The notes: generated by a model from the letters alone, not told the origin. A stretch of DNA of 64,000 bases from Octopus vulgaris (GCA_951406725.2 OX597822.1:86118001-86182000), one strand, 5' to 3'; counted from the first letter of the stretch, positions 25,851 through 39,929 are shown. Program-made: numbers and translations.

Positions 25851-28800
25851 CACATCCATGTATATACATACATATATTATATATGCACAATAAGGAACAG
25901 TCTTATTATTTTACTTCTTTCAGTCATTAAATTGTGGCCATGCTGGGGCACCACCTTAAAGAATTTTTAGCCAAATGAATCAATGCCAGGACTTTTTTTT
26001 TTTTTAAACCTGTTACTTAAATCTTTAAGTGCTTCTAACAAAATTTCAAAATTAGTATTAATAAAACTTTTGCAGTTTTGACTGCAAAACCTTAAAATGT
26101 AGCTCTGCCCTTCTTACCTGCAACTCTTTCGTTACATAAACATTGCTTTGTGTGCATCTATGTTGGCTTGAGGCAACTTTTATATAATCACAATAACCAA
26201 AAAAAATAATAATAAAAAGCCTTCAATCTAGTGCAATATTAATTCAGTGCTACCTACCTCTTATCCAGAATATTTACCAGAAATCTTGGGCTCCGTCCAA
26301 AAACAACATTATCCACATTTCGCCCGCCAAATTTACTTCAATAGCATTAAACTTGTTTTACTTTCACCTCCCCTACTTTTAGTGTGGCTACAGTTATCCA
26401 TCTTTTTACAGGTCAGTCAGTATTTTCTTTTTTTCTTACACAAAATTGTTAGAGCAGGCTCTGCTCTGCTATCTTTACATTGTAATATCTGAAATCAAGG
26501 ACAATTCTTTTGGAGTCATTGAAAATATAGAAGTTGGTCTACACTTCACAATAACAAACCAATCCAGAGGCAACAACAAGTAAAAGATAAATTATCATTA
26601 AGGAGCTACACAAAAAGGCTTCAGTGAGCAAGTTTCCATTCTTCCAGGATCTTTTGCTAGCATTTGTATGATTTGGACTGTTGCTGTAAATATAATCTAG
26701 CTTCACTTCAAGTCCATTAGTAAAAGGTCAGTGCCTTTTATTGTATGACAATAGTTTACACAGATACATCAGAAAGGCAACAAAACAAAAACATTCCTTA
26801 TTTCTTGAATCATAATTCTATATTTTAGTATTCTTTGACCCATTAAATCAACTTTTCAAATGGTCATTATCAAAATTCTGTGACCTTTTGCAGTCAAAAG
26901 AATGTTTAGCCCTTTAACATCTGGCAAAAATATTCTCCCCGTTTTGTGTTCAAACTGGCCAGATCTGGCCTCTCACACCTACCCTACAATATCATTCTGA
27001 AGGATTAAGTTACAGAGGAGTAAACATTAAACTTGACATAAAGTAAAACTTCTCTATTGAAACATACCTCAGTTATTGTCATTCTAATTACACACTAAAT
27101 TAATGAGCATCCCTTTGAAGTCTTATCACAAATAACTTGTTGCTTTAGCTGACTTTATTCAATAAGACTCAGTTTTACACTGCAGAAAAAGATTTGGGAG
27201 AGATTGCAGAAGCATTTCAGCTCCCATCTCCATTCCCTTCCTGCCCTAGACACATTTACTCCCTATTATACAAATATTCCATTATGTATGAACAGGGACT
27301 ATGTTTACAATTTTCATCCAAATCCCTAACAACACACACACAATCTTTAGACAAGCTCAGAGTAAACACTGACAGTAGAAAAAAAAACCCCTTTAAATTG
27401 TTCCAATAAAAATTCTAAAATTAAGAATCTTGAAAGATTAATTATCTAAATGAAGAAGCAACATGCACAACTGCAACATCAAAAGGCTGACAATCTCCTT
27501 TCACATACAAATTAAATATTTTCTACATTGTGATGAGTAGATACAGGTAATTGGTTAAGAAATTCCCTTTTCAATGATGAGGACCAGCTTGGTCAAGTGT
27601 CATTTACTTGTAGCGTTGTATTTATGTAATTCGAAGAGACAATACTGATGGAGGAAGAATTTGGGATGATGGTCTGAGATGCCAGAGGGAGACATAAGGA
27701 TAATGACTTTAAAAGAAATTACTGATCATAGCAGAAAGATAGAAAGAGAGGCAGGAAAAGGGAGAAGAGAATGCAACCACAAACTCTTGCAGGGGAGATC
27801 TAATAACCTTGATTAAATAATGAATAGTGTCATGGGATTTAATGAATGAAAATTGTCAAGACTGAATTAAATCATTAAATATATAGGTGCAAACATGGCT
27901 GTGTGGTAAGAAGTTTGTTTCCCAACAACATCGTTCCAGGTTCAGTCCCAGTGTGTGGAACCTTGAGCAACTGTCTTCTACTATAGCTTCAGGCCAACCA
28001 TAGCCTTATGAGTGGATTTGGTAGACAGAAATTGAAAAAAGCCTATCGTGATGTGTATGCATCTGTCCCCAACCACTGCTTGACAACCAGTGTTGGTTTG
28101 TGTATGTCTCTGCAACTTAGCAGTTCAGCAAAAGACACTGCTAAAATAAGTGCTGATTTAATACTCAAGGTGATACTCCAGCATGACCACAAGCTAATGA
28201 CTGAAACAAGACATACACATCCTGGGTATGGCATTAAACCTTATTCATTGGAAAGGCTTCAGTCCAGGAGTTCTGGAGAGCATGGAATGACCCCTTAATT
28301 ACCATTACTCCCAGGTCCATTCTAACTTAGAACAGTAGTACTTGTCAGGGTCCTAACTATGGATTAAATAAATTTTTGCAAGGGTAGATTGATTTCCTTA
28401 GCTACAGTGAAAGCAATCTATCTAGAAGAGGGGAAAACACCAAAATTAATACACTCTTCCAACATGCCTGAAGCCAGCATGGAAGAGTGTAGCAGATGAG
28501 AGTAATGTGACAGATGTTATAAATTGCAATCTTGCAATACAAAAAAAAATTGGCCCCATATTTGTTTTGTAATGCCAACAAATTTGACCAGAAGTCAAAT
28601 AGTTTCATGAACAGAAAAACCACAGTGTTGATTAAACATGTTAAAAGCAAGACTACTAAATATCAGATTAGTCCCCAGGAGCTACAGAGAAATTGGTGAA
28701 TTACCTATTTACAAAGATTGCATTAAATCAGAATTACCATACAGGCAATATATTAAAAGCCTGTCAAGCTCCAGCAAATAAAAGCATTGCCAGCTATAAA

Positions 28801-29759
28801 CTTTAGGTAAACTTTAAAAGGTTTCTTGCAGAAAGAATATGTTGGCAGCACAAAGAATGGAGTAGGACTAAATACAATCCATTCAATATAGCAACACTAC
28901 CTACCATTTCTACTTCCAATAAATATAACCATTTCAAAGTTCAGGGATATTGTCTTTAATATTACAAACAGATTTAAGGCAGCAAGCTGGCAGAAATTGT
29001 TAGCAGACTGGGCATAATGCTTGGTGGCATCTCATCCATCTTTATAGTCAAATTCCACTAAGGTCAACTTTGCCTTTCCTCCTTTTGGGGGTCAATAAAA
29101 TACCAGTTAAGCACTGGGGTCAAGGTAATCAACTTGCTCACTTTCTTCTTAAAATTGCTGATCTTGTGCCAAAATTTGAAACCAATATTATAACGAAATT
29201 TAGCCTACCATCATCCTTTCAAAGTGAAGCAGATTTTTCTTGTATGAAAACTAATATTTCAAATTGTTACTCCTCTACCCACTATTTTTGAAATCTTCCT
29301 TACTCATTCCATCCAGTGGACTGTGAAGGAGCAGGGCACTGGATACCAGGGTACTAGTATCAAAATAACATGACAGAATCTAAGCATCAATTCCAGTATC
29401 ATCATCCCAGTTCATTCAATATGAATAAGCCACACTAGAGCAATTGTCATTCACACCCCTGCATATATAGGTGCTTGACATCCAGTCCCTTGTGTTTTAA
29501 GTATTAGACAATTTGGACAGTTAAAAATTTTGTTAACAGAACCGGATATATTTATGAAGCATTAAAGAAAATCTTTTAAATTGAAGGTTGATTACAGAGA
29601 ATATCCACAATATTCATTGTAAACATACATTTCCACAACTATTTTCTTAGGTAGCCTGTGTGTGTGTGTGATTGGAACTGCAAGAGGAGCATTTGAAAAA
29701 AAAATTTAAAAAAAAGGAAACAAAAAGGCAAATGAACTAAAAAGAAAAAAACCACCTCA

Positions 29760-32239
29760 TCGTGAGATTGAATAATAATTTATTTCTTTGCTAGAGAAGT
29801 AAAAAAAAAAAAAAAAGAAAAAAAAAGAGCCTTTTTCTTTACAAAATTCATTTCTTTCAGATGGTGTTTGTCTTTGGCTTAAAAGATCTTACATTACATA
29901 GACATGCATATTCTCACTCATTCACTCATAAACTAACAACAGGAAAGAAAGTTATGCAGGCAAACCAGTGATGAAAGGGAAACAGATTGACTTAACTGAA
30001 AACCCACTAACTTGTCCTTCCTTCCTTCCTTCAGTGTAATAAACTGCTAATAGTCAAGACAATTACCCAGACATAGTATTAAAGCAGATAGCATTTTTTA
30101 TTTTAATCTTTCCCCACAGGGATATTCCAGTCTCAAAATAGCACATACTGTTATTATATCTTAAGATTCTGATCAATCAAACTTTCATTAAATATTTGAA
30201 ATGCATATTTGCAATTACTGCACTTAATTACAATATTCAGAAAGAATTATAATTGATGAAATAAAATTTAGAACAAGCAGTGTGTGGTGTCTAGGTTGAA
30301 TGCATTGAAAGTACACTGACAGAGAGTACACATGAAATATGTAATGAGTTTGCAGCTCATCTTGCAAATTCTGGGATAGGTGGGAACTTAACAACTAGAG
30401 TGTTCAGTCAAGAAGATTGTTGTTCAATTGAAAATCTGAATATAGTTCCATCTAAAAAATATCACATTTCTCTAATTATGTAGCTCAAAAATGAACAGGT
30501 TGTTACAACCTTCATTTTGTCACCACCAATAAGAAATATAAAAGGCTTTAGATTGTAAATGGATTGGTAAGAAGGTTATTATTACAACTCATAAAAAGTG
30601 CAAAAATAAATCTAAGAGAATAAAACTGAACATACTATCTGAAGCCTCAGTGGTTATAAGCAACACACACACACTAAATGTGCCAAAATCCAGCACTATC
30701 AAAATCAAAATCTTAAGAAATTAGAGCAAAAAATTCCAAATTATATGTAAAACATTGCTGGTTTTTGCCTAGAGTTATCCTTTTTTTTTATTTTTTTACT
30801 TTTTTTTAGAGTTTGAAAGAGATATCAGAAAAAAATATCTAACAAAGGCACATAATTAAAGGCAATATTACTCTATTTCCTAAATTAAGTGCTAAGTCTA
30901 AAATTGATTGCAAACAGTGAACACATGCTAACGTTAAGTTAATAAACCAAGAAATTTCTTTTCCTCAAAAAAGTTAAGAAAAGAAAAGCAAAACATTTCT
31001 AAATTGAGTCAAGTAAAATAACAAAAAGTGTGTGTGGTGAAAAGAAAAGTATTTGATTTTACAGTTTCAGAAATCCTTTGCTAATTCAATAAATACAAGA
31101 ATAAAATGTATCAGTGAAACTCTGAAAATCTCAGAGCTACTAAGGTTACATGTCATAAACTGTGAACATTAGTTGCAGAGTTAAAGAACAAAAATAGTTT
31201 CCATTCTAATATCATTGACAAGTTGTTCAAATTGTTTGTGGGGGGTTGGCAAGGAGAAAAAAAAAAAAAAAAGAATCACCTGAAATATAAATTTTAGTAA
31301 TTTTTTTCATTTTTATTATTTTTTTTTTATTATTTTATAACAAAAAAAAAAGTTTCACAGAGCTGTTTTAGCCCAAACACAAACAATTATGTTTGGTGGT
31401 GGTCAGATGTAGATCATCTAAAAATTCTAAAGCACCTCAACAAGTATCAAAAATAAACTTTGTACTTCCTTAGAAAAAAAGGAGCCGGACAAGGTTCAAC
31501 ATTCAACAATGGTCTCAGGTTAAAATTTGTTCAACTGAATACCTATATTTCAAAATGACTCCACTTCCAACAAAATAGCTCATGATTATCATAGACATAT
31601 AAGAATAAATAAATAAAAATAAACCAGTTTGTAGAGTTTCAACAATTAGTTGTGTGTCCTTTTGATGCTTCATTTAAAAAAAAAAAGGAAAAGTCAAAAT
31701 GTCCAAAATGGACAGAGGCTAACAGCTCCTACCCACTGTATTGAACAACTATCAGCTATCAATAGAGAATAGTGGACAGTCCTCATCAATAATTACAGCA
31801 ACAACAACCAACCTCAACTGCCTACTTTACACACAGATTATTACTGCTTTCAGTGAAACTGATAGAGATACAAACAATAGTAACTGTCCATTTTGTCCCC
31901 ACCCCCACCTTTCTTTATACAACCCGATTTGACAGAAACTACTTTTGTGTCTGTCTCTCAAACAGAAGTAAAATCTTGAAGTAGATAATTACATGAAGTT
32001 AAAGAAACACAAGAAATTATATAAAAATGAAAGAGGATAAAAAGAAACCAAAAGTTTTACCTATTTACTTCATGTAATAAGAAATCCAGTCAGTGTTAGT
32101 CCTAGAAAGTTAAATTAAAAGTTTTATCTACACAACTTACATCCTTAAAAATGAATAGATTGACATCTTTGGCATGTCATCAGAACCTGATAACTTGATT
32201 AACAACAGATCAGGGTTGGGAGATGTTAATTATGTACAA
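29760..32239 (-). other. Probable IGF2BP 3' UTR (~2.5 kb)
   Basis: U-rich on the minus strand and free of the SINEs that are dense elsewhere; ends near the AATAAA at 29784-29779. Confidence 0.55.
29779..29784 (-). terminator. Candidate poly(A) signal of IGF2BP
   Basis: AATAAA on the minus strand, followed ~25 nt downstream by a GU/U-rich element (gtggtttttttctttttag...tttttgtttcc). Other AATAAA hexamers exist. Confidence 0.5.
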
Positions 32240-32515
32240 TTAGTTGACTTCTTGTTCCCTACTGGTTTTAACTGTCCTGTTTTGATGATAGGAAACGGGA
32301 GGTTGGGGAAGTGGCATCAATGGTGGTTGCTGTTGTTGGTGTTGTATTTGTGGAGGGCCTGCATTGTGAAGAGCCGATACCATGAGATCTCTGATTCGTC
32401 GCTGGGCAGACTGAAGAGAATAAAAATTTCCAATGATTGTAACAGGGACATCATCTTCAGTGAAGTCATCAGGCAATTTCACAATGGCACGACTAACTCT
32501 TCTCAATTCTTGAAG
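32240..32515 (-). CDS. IGF2BP: IGF2BP last coding exon, KH4 end plus Q/P-rich tail, stop TAA
   Basis: LQELRRVSRAIVKLP...IIGNFYSLQSAQRRIR matches the IGF2BP KH4 C-terminus; ttcAG acceptor; 92 codons including stop. The 14 exons sum to 1561 nt in one reading frame. Confidence 0.92.
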   Translation of the reverse strand, partial: LQELRRVSRAIVKLPDDFTEDDVPVTIIGNFYSLQSAQRRIRDLMVSALHNAGPPQIQHQQQQPPLMPLPQPPVSYHQNRTVKTSREQEVN

Positions 32516-32613
32516 CTGAAAGATAAAATATTTACAATAAGGAAAAACCAACCATTACACCTGTCTATACTGTATTAAAACACACACAACACAAATACAA
32601 ACAATCTGCTTAC

Positions 32614-32742
32614 ATTCTGTCCACCACGGCCAATAATTCTGCCAATAATGCTGCGAGGAACCATTATTTCAGAACGCAACTTCACTTCTTCTTTACCAAA
32701 AGCTCCATCGTCTTTAACTTTCTCAAAAAGATAAAACTGAGC
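32614..32742 (-). CDS. IGF2BP: IGF2BP exon, KH4 (AQFYLFEKVKDDGAFGKEEVKLRSEIMVPRSIIGRIIGRGGQN)
   Basis: EEVKL..VP....GRIIG.GG KH4 signature; gtAG acceptor and GTAAGC donor; 129 nt. Confidence 0.93.
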
Positions 32743-33688
32743 CTACAAAACAAAATTAATCTTTAACAATTTCTGTTGCTGAATTTCTAAACTTTCATAA
32801 TCCACCTAAAACAAACTAATGAATGTCAACAATCTAAATCATTGTTCCTATCTATAAATTGAAGGTAAAAAAACCCTACTTCACCATCAGCCCCTAGCAG
32901 CTCCTACAACAAACTCAAATCCCTTAACCAATCAGCCAGGTTTAACAGCATTTAATTCAACTATTCTTGCAAACATGAAATACATTATCCCTATTCTATT
33001 GCAATTGTTACAACACTTACCAAGAACCCAGTTGGCATTGATATATTTGAGCACCATTGCACACTTTCATGGATTAACATAGTTACTCCTCTATAATTAA
33101 TCTACTTTACATCAAATTAATGACACGTGAGTAGAGAGCAGTTTAAAATGTTCACCTGGTAGACAACGTCTGGTAGTAATGTTTTATAATCAGACATAAT
33201 ATTCACAACTTAAGTTAAATTCTTCTCAAGTTGGAAATTAAGAGTACAATTCTCTGGAGCCAACTTACTAGACATTCTAAATCATTTTAAATATCTGACT
33301 AATTCGCTTAATTACCACAAATATTTAGTCTAAAATTCAACATTTTGCTGAATTTGTTATATTCCTATTATACATATATAAAGCCATAGAATCCATGCCA
33401 AAACAGACTATAGAGCTTGACAGAGGCCTCTAACTTGCCAGTTCCAGTCAAATTGTCCAGCCTACGCCAGTATGGAACACACATTACATTATGATGGTGA
33501 TGATATAGAAATCTCAATGAAATTAGTGTTAAATTCTTCTTGAGTTGTGAACAGTTAATGAAATTGTTTAGTTCAAACTGAAAACCTAAGTCATATAAAA
33601 GTGGGCAGCAACAATGCCAAAATGTATGGGCTCTAATTCATTGCAATATTAAATCAGAAAATATCAAACTAATTCAGATTTGACTTAC

Positions 33689-33793
33689 TTTCCATTGAGC
33701 ATCTAAATCACCAACAATTATAGCTTTCCTTTCATCCATATTTGAAGAGGAACCTTTTTTTTCATCACCTTCACCTTTATTATTTGGTAATAT
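33689..33793 (-). CDS. IGF2BP: IGF2BP exon, KH3 end (ILPNNKGEGDEKKGSSSNMDERKAIIVGDLDAQWK)
   Basis: tttAG acceptor and GTAAGT donor; 105 nt, phase 0 to 0; ends in AQWK. Confidence 0.9.
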
Positions 33794-33895
33794 CTAAACA
33801 AAATGACACAAGAGTTTTTATTAAACTCAAATCAAAGAAATTTATTAAAAATTAAAAGGGGGTAAAAAACCCCACCAAAAAAACTATCAACTCAC

Positions 33896-34072
33896 TTTGA
33901 TTCGAGCACTTGAATCTCTTTTGATTGTCTGAATGTTGATGCCTTTACTTCCAATAATAGAACCAACAGCCTTTTTAGGAATATAGAGGTAGGTCACTTC
34001 TTCTTGATGTTGCTGTGGAGGTTGTGGATTAGGAAGAAGACCACAGAAACCAGGATACCAATTATTTCCTTG
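33896..34072 (-). CDS. IGF2BP: IGF2BP exon, linker plus KH3 (...EEVTYLYIPKKAVGSIIGSKGINIQTIKRDSSARIK)
   Basis: IP..AVG.IIG.KG KH3 signature; tttcAG acceptor and GTGAGT donor; 177 nt, phase 0 to 0. Confidence 0.92.
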
Positions 34073-34596
34073 CTGAAATGAAAAGAAAAATAATCCTCCA
34101 TTAGTACATGGAATCAACCAGAGTATATGTCTAGTATTCATTGACCATGGGAAGATGAAAAGGTAAGCTAACCTGCTTGGAACTTGAGCTCAGGTTGTAG
34201 AAAGGTGAAACTAAACAATGTCACATACAGTATCTAGCTTTTATCATTTCAGCCATCCAACTATCCAAATCTCAATCAATCACTCGCTCTCTCTCTTTAT
34301 AACTTATCCAAATATCACCAGTACTAGTCTGAAAAAGATTCCATAAGGCTATGGAATCTACTTCTCTCGATGGATAAATTTCTACAATCCCATCAATTAC
34401 ATTTAATCTAGCAACCCAGTCTAGATTAGGACAACTATTCCACATGATACAACTGTATGTAATTGATAAAGCTTTTAATCAATAGAAAAAAAAAAAAAAA
34501 ACCATGTTGTAACCTATTAAGAATAATAATAAACCCCAGCATGGCTGCAGTCCAATGACTGAAACGAGAATAAAAAATATGAAAAAAGCAGCTTAC

Positions 34597-34692
34597 CACA
34601 TAAGGAGGATATGGAGGCCTTAAAGTGGGGAAACTGTTTATTCCAGGCATCATAGCAAATGCAGGTAATCCAAGAGTCATTGGGGGCTGATA
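34597..34692 (-). CDS. IGF2BP: IGF2BP exon, KH2-KH3 linker (YQPPMTLGLPAFAMMPGINSFPTLRPPYPPYV)
   Basis: ctAG acceptor and G|GTAAGC donor; 96 nt, phase 0 to 0; Pro-rich linker as expected for the family. Confidence 0.8.
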
Positions 34693-36041
34693 CTAGAAAC
34701 AAAAGTTTGATTTAATAAAATCTTTTAAAAAATAAAAACTATATCCACATTTCAATCAATTCAAGCAGACACTAAAATATAAAAGTAAAAATTCAAAATA
34801 ATTAGTTATTGTCAAACTCTTGTGAATCACTAATGAGGTAATTATTTTTACTGTTAAAATAATTATAACATGTTATGAAGCATAAAGAATGTGCCCTGAC
34901 AATCACGCAGCTCTTACGCAGTTTGAGAACAGTAAGACTAAACTTTAATTTACTTCCTTTAGAAGTGGCTTACTATGAATTCAATGATGTTATAAAATGT
35001 TACCGACAGTGTTCCTCGCTGTGATGTTTGAAGTACAGAAGCCTAATTATCACCATGTACTAGCATTTTCTAAATTGAGATGTCAATAACATTCTTATAC
35101 ATTTGAGAATATTTGCACACAAAATTCAAAACCTTAATAAGAAGCTTATGAAACAATTTAAAGCAATATTTTTTACACTAGAAACTTTGGACTGTCAGAA
35201 GTAGAGTTTTTTTTTTTATTTTTAAAAAATGTTTAAGAAACCACACAATAGTAGAAGAGAGTTGTATAGTGATATTAATATATACACAGCGAATGAATGT
35301 AATCAATCAAAGGATTAACTAGAAGTTCCACAGACATTAAGTTGGCAGAATATGATAGCAAAATATCAAAACTGAGCAAAATCTGAATACTACCCAATAT
35401 ACTGACCAAGTAAGCCATTTATTAAAGTATTTCATTTCAAAATATAGTTTCAGCTATCATAGTGTTCCAGTAGATTAAAGAACTATTTATTAGCAGATGA
35501 TTTGACTTAATTGCTATACAAAGTTCTAGGGAGGATAACTACATTGCTAAATTGAAATTAATAATGCAAGTTATCTCCCCTCAAATATACTTGCAGCCTC
35601 TTTGAAACTGGAAGATGCAATGAATAACATTCTCCAGTTTATGTTTAACCTATCTAAATAAAACAGTATTTCTATCCGTATTTGTTTTTACATCCATTCT
35701 TCTGTGCTAACATGGATTAGATAAATATATATTTTTTTTATTATGCATCGTTTCATAGCTGGACACTCTTCCTGACATTAACCCTCACCTGTTTTTCAAG
35801 TAAAGGTACTCCTATGCCACTTGTCAAAAGTGCCAAATAAGCCAACAGGAAAACGACAACTATGCCATTGCTTGGAGCTCAACCATTTTCACTCGTGCAA
35901 ATGTAACACACACGTACAACTAACCACATAATTGTGACGAGGAGTTGGACCCTCAGCCAGACAATTCATACCCTAAGGTCGACAGTATGCCATAAGTACA
36001 CCCTAAATACAATAGGCAGAAAACAGAGAGACAGAACTCAC

Positions 36042-36183
36042 AGCCATTTGTTGAGAATCTTGAGCATAAAATTTTCTCATCCTTTCTGATATCATCTTTT
36101 CAGCTTTGGACATAGCATCCGGTGAAGCACTTATTGTAATTACACGGTCAATGAAATGATTATTCACATTTGCATCATTGATA
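36042..36183 (-). CDS. IGF2BP: IGF2BP exon, KH2 end (INDANVNNHFIDRVITISASPDAMSKAEKMISERMRKFYAQDSQQMA)
   Basis: AG/GTGAGT boundaries; 142 nt, phase 2 to 0; DR.ITI and AE..I..K.R..Y motifs. Confidence 0.9.
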
Positions 36184-36647
36184 CTAAATGGGAGGAAAGT
36201 AATAAACAATGTTAGCAAAAGAGTCAATAAAATAGAATCAAACAAATAAACATTTCCTTAATCTTTATATTAGAGAAAGAAACTGCTTTAAAAGAAACAC
36301 TTTCTTTTCAGAATCCATTTTTATGGACTTTAAAAATTCAAATATTTATAAATATTAAAATTTTTTAAGCCAGTCTTTCATTCAATGTTCTACTTATATT
36401 AATAACTGTAAATTAACATCAAGGTAAATCAAGGAAAGAGTAACAGGCAAAAAAAATTTTTTAAAAATGTGTGTGTAAACTTACAGCTGTAAGAAACTAA
36501 AAGTATGAAACTAATATCAAAGTAGATAATCATATAATCTGATGGTCTGGAAAGAGGGGGGCGTTTACTATAATGTAAAAAAATATTAAGTGGAAATAAA
36601 GTTGCAGAGAGAGGAAATAAAGGCTAAAGAGAAAAGGAGCACAATAC

Positions 36648-36764
36648 CTGGATACCGTAATGTGAGAATTTGAGTCTTGCATGATACTTTTAATGACACT
36701 ACCATGCTTACCAATCATACGACCACAAAGACTATTTGGACATAATATTCGTAATGAGTGTGTT
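36648..36764 (-). CDS. IGF2BP: IGF2BP exon, KH2 (THSLRILCPNSLCGRMIGKHGSVIKSIMQDSNSHITVS)
   Basis: GR.IGKxG KH signature; ttttcAG acceptor and AG|GTATTG donor; 117 nt, phase 2 to 2. Confidence 0.92.
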
Positions 36765-38165
36765 CTGAAAAAATACAAAGCAATTGTTTCAATGAAATAT
36801 GAAAGTGTAAGAAAGTGTGAGGGTGGAATGAAATGTACCAAGCAAGGAGACCAGCTAAACTAAAATTTGCAAACATTTTCCAATTATACATAAAATTAAT
36901 TCCTCTCAGACGATTTAAAGTAGCAATTATTAAAATGAATGGTTCAACCTGTGGTAAAGAAGGGCAACCACATATAATGCACAGGTCTGGTAAAGTTAGA
37001 TGCAGTACTTTTCAGATATAAAATGTTCATTATAATATACTGCCAATTGTGTGTAGTACAATGTGTAGCGTATTTCAAACTTCAAAGACAATACAAAAAG
37101 TATGAGAATTTCATTCACGTAGGAGAATGAAAGCATACAATGTCATGCATAGTTTATGTCCCTATGGACCAACTGAAATTTGAACAAATTGTGAAATTGC
37201 TAGCTTGAATATTGATGCTACATTCCAGTGTTGAAGCACTATCTGCAAGAATAAATGGGACCCAATATGAAATACTTAGAGATTTTAAAAATTTTTCTGC
37301 AGAAGGGAGAATTTTTCCAAAATTCTCAAGTACTTTAAATAAACTGCTATATCATAAAAATTTAACAGCTCAACTTACTAGCTCATCCATTCTGAAAGAT
37401 TTTGTCAAAATGATATTATAATTAAGAGAAACTGTTTTGATACCATGACACCCTTTCTCCAGCATTTCACATATTAACCCCACCTCTTCTCTACATTGAA
37501 CAAACAAATCATAACCACAATATCATATTGAAAGTACTTTTAGTTTTAGTGGAGACAAAAATTTAAGGATTCAAATTTATAGAAAATATAAAAGTTTTAA
37601 TAAAAAATTACCATATAAAATGAAACAATTTCTATAGGAAATATTCAAGAAAAGAGGTTTCCTGCATTTAACAATTTAAAATAAAGAATTTAAATGCTTT
37701 CTCTGTAGTTAAGAAATTAATAATGTTCGTTAAAATTTATAGGTTAAAAGATAGAAGGAAAAATAAACCCCATCTTTTAGCCCCATATCAGCCCTATGTG
37801 ATCAAAGGCATTCCAGTCATGATCATCCAGTCTTATTTCCAGACAATGATTTAAGACCAAAGTCATCCTACATGTTAGCAGGAGATTTGAAAGATTTAGT
37901 TGATATTTCCAGCAGGCTGGCAACCATTTACAGGTTCTTTCTCTTTAGAACATAGAATTACTAGTAGTCTAAAGTAGCCAACAGCTCAAGAAAAGCATTT
38001 CTCTAAGACAAATATAATCACATAACGGGCTATATGTATCTTCACATATAGCACAAGGGTTATATTTTTGAAAAAAGAAAAAGCATGTCACCCACACCAA
38101 ATATGTTAATGGATGAATTTACATAAAACCAGTAACGAAAGTTTAATTATTTAAATGAAACAAAC

Positions 38166-38257
38166 CGATTTAACGAAGTTGCTTCTTGCAGTATAACTTT
38201 CATTAATTCCCTGCATGCTGTGGTGCAACTGCTCGAGCTGCCTTTGATTGTTACCAA
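38166..38257 (-). CDS. IGF2BP: IGF2BP exon, KH1 end (LVTIKGSSSSCTTACRELMKVILQEATSLNR)
   Basis: Polypyrimidine tract plus AAG acceptor, GTTTGT donor; 92 nt, phase 0 to 2; C..AC..I...EA motif. Confidence 0.87.
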
Positions 38258-39343
38258 CTTGGAAAAAGAAAATGAATACAAACTTTAAATGGTGATTGCA
38301 ACATTAAAGATGTAAGATATGTTGATGTAGTAAGCAGAGAAAATGGGGAAAAGGATAAGAAAATATTCTATTAAAATGTGTAAAATTGCTGTTTTTGTTG
38401 CAGGTTTCAACATTGAAATTCATATAATTCATTTAATATACCTGCACCAATCTTTCTCTCTAAATATATACATACAGGTGCACGATTGGCAGTGTGCTTA
38501 AACTTCTTAATGTAGTCTTGGGTTCAGTCTCACTGCACAGCACCTTGGGCAAGTGTCTTCTACTAGAATTTGGTAGACAAGCCATAAAAGTATGTCCATT
38601 ATGACCTGACAAACCTCCCTACAACCACCACCACATACCACCTTCCTCACACCACCTCCACTTGTGTCCACCCCCCACTCTTTCACAATCCCCGTCCACT
38701 TCATTACATACACACCTTGGGTGAAACCTCCTCCATCACTTCTCTCCACCTCTTTCGTCTATCTACCTCCAACACCCATTTTCCTCCCACTATTCATATG
38801 TTAACTTCCCATCACCTGGAACAAAGCCACCCCTTCAATACTACACCCCCTCCACTCAGTTGAGGGGTCTTGTGACCCCACTGCTGCTGTAAAGTGCTTG
38901 GAATTTAGGAAGGGCATTCAGCTGTAGGAACCAATGTCAAAGCAGTCAGTAGAGCTTGATAGAGTCCTCTGGCCTTGCCAGATCCAGTCAAACCATCCAA
39001 CCCATGCCAGCAAGGAATATAGACGTTAAATGATATGGATATATAAAAAGTGTACGTGCATTGTTGTCTTATGTGATGGTTGTAAATGAGAATTGTAAAT
39101 GTAAGAATAACTGGAATTTAAAGTAATTTATTGATGGCTGTTGCATTGTTAAATAAGGTTTCAGTCCTCAACAAGTTACATTGCAAAAAGACTTCATACA
39201 AACTGATAATGATATCACTGATGGCAAATTACTAACTCATCTAATCATATACATATTCTGTAATGTTTTTGTGAATTGAACAAAACCATTTTTCTTTAAG
39301 CTGTTGGTGTACTGAAAAAGTTTAAAAATAAAACCAAACTCAC

Positions 39344-39386
39344 CGTCTCTGAAGCAGAATTATCAGGAGGCCGATGTACATCTATT
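39344..39386 (-). CDS. IGF2BP: IGF2BP exon, KH1 (IDVHRPPDNSASET)
   Basis: IDVHR is characteristic of IGF2BP KH1; ccAG acceptor and G|GTGAGT donor; 43 nt, phase 2 to 0. Confidence 0.9.
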
Positions 39387-39929
39387 CTGGAATAATATAA
39401 AACACAGTGTCATAAACTAGGGAGTAGATGTAAACTGAAATCAAATTATAAACTTAGCTTATCATCAGATTAACATTCTATAAAGCATGTCATTTAATCC
39501 CAAATAAGCCAATTAATGAAACAGATCGCGCAGTGACCCTACTTCTTTGATTTAGTCGTGTCATTCCATTAAAATAAATTGGTTTCTAATACATCACAAA
39601 TTGAAATATATACTGACAACCAAAATACCATGGAGGATTACAAAATTTTTTTTTAAATTTGTCTGGCACCTGTGCGGGTGGCACGTAAAAAGCACCCACT
39701 ACACTCACGGAGTGGTTGGCGTTAGGAAGGGTATCCAGCCATAGAAACACTGCCAGATCTGACTGGGCCTGATGAAGCCTTCTGGCTTCACAAACCCCAG
39801 TTGAACCGTCCAACCCATGTTAGCATGGAAAACGGACGTTAAACGATGATGATGATGATGATGATGTTTTGTGGAGCAGTAAAGTCTTTACAGAGACAAC
39901 AGTAGGGTTAGGGTTAACCTGAAGAATAA

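Noticed and set aside
32174-32578. 134-aa plus-strand ORF
   Set aside because: Antisense shadow of the last IGF2BP exon.
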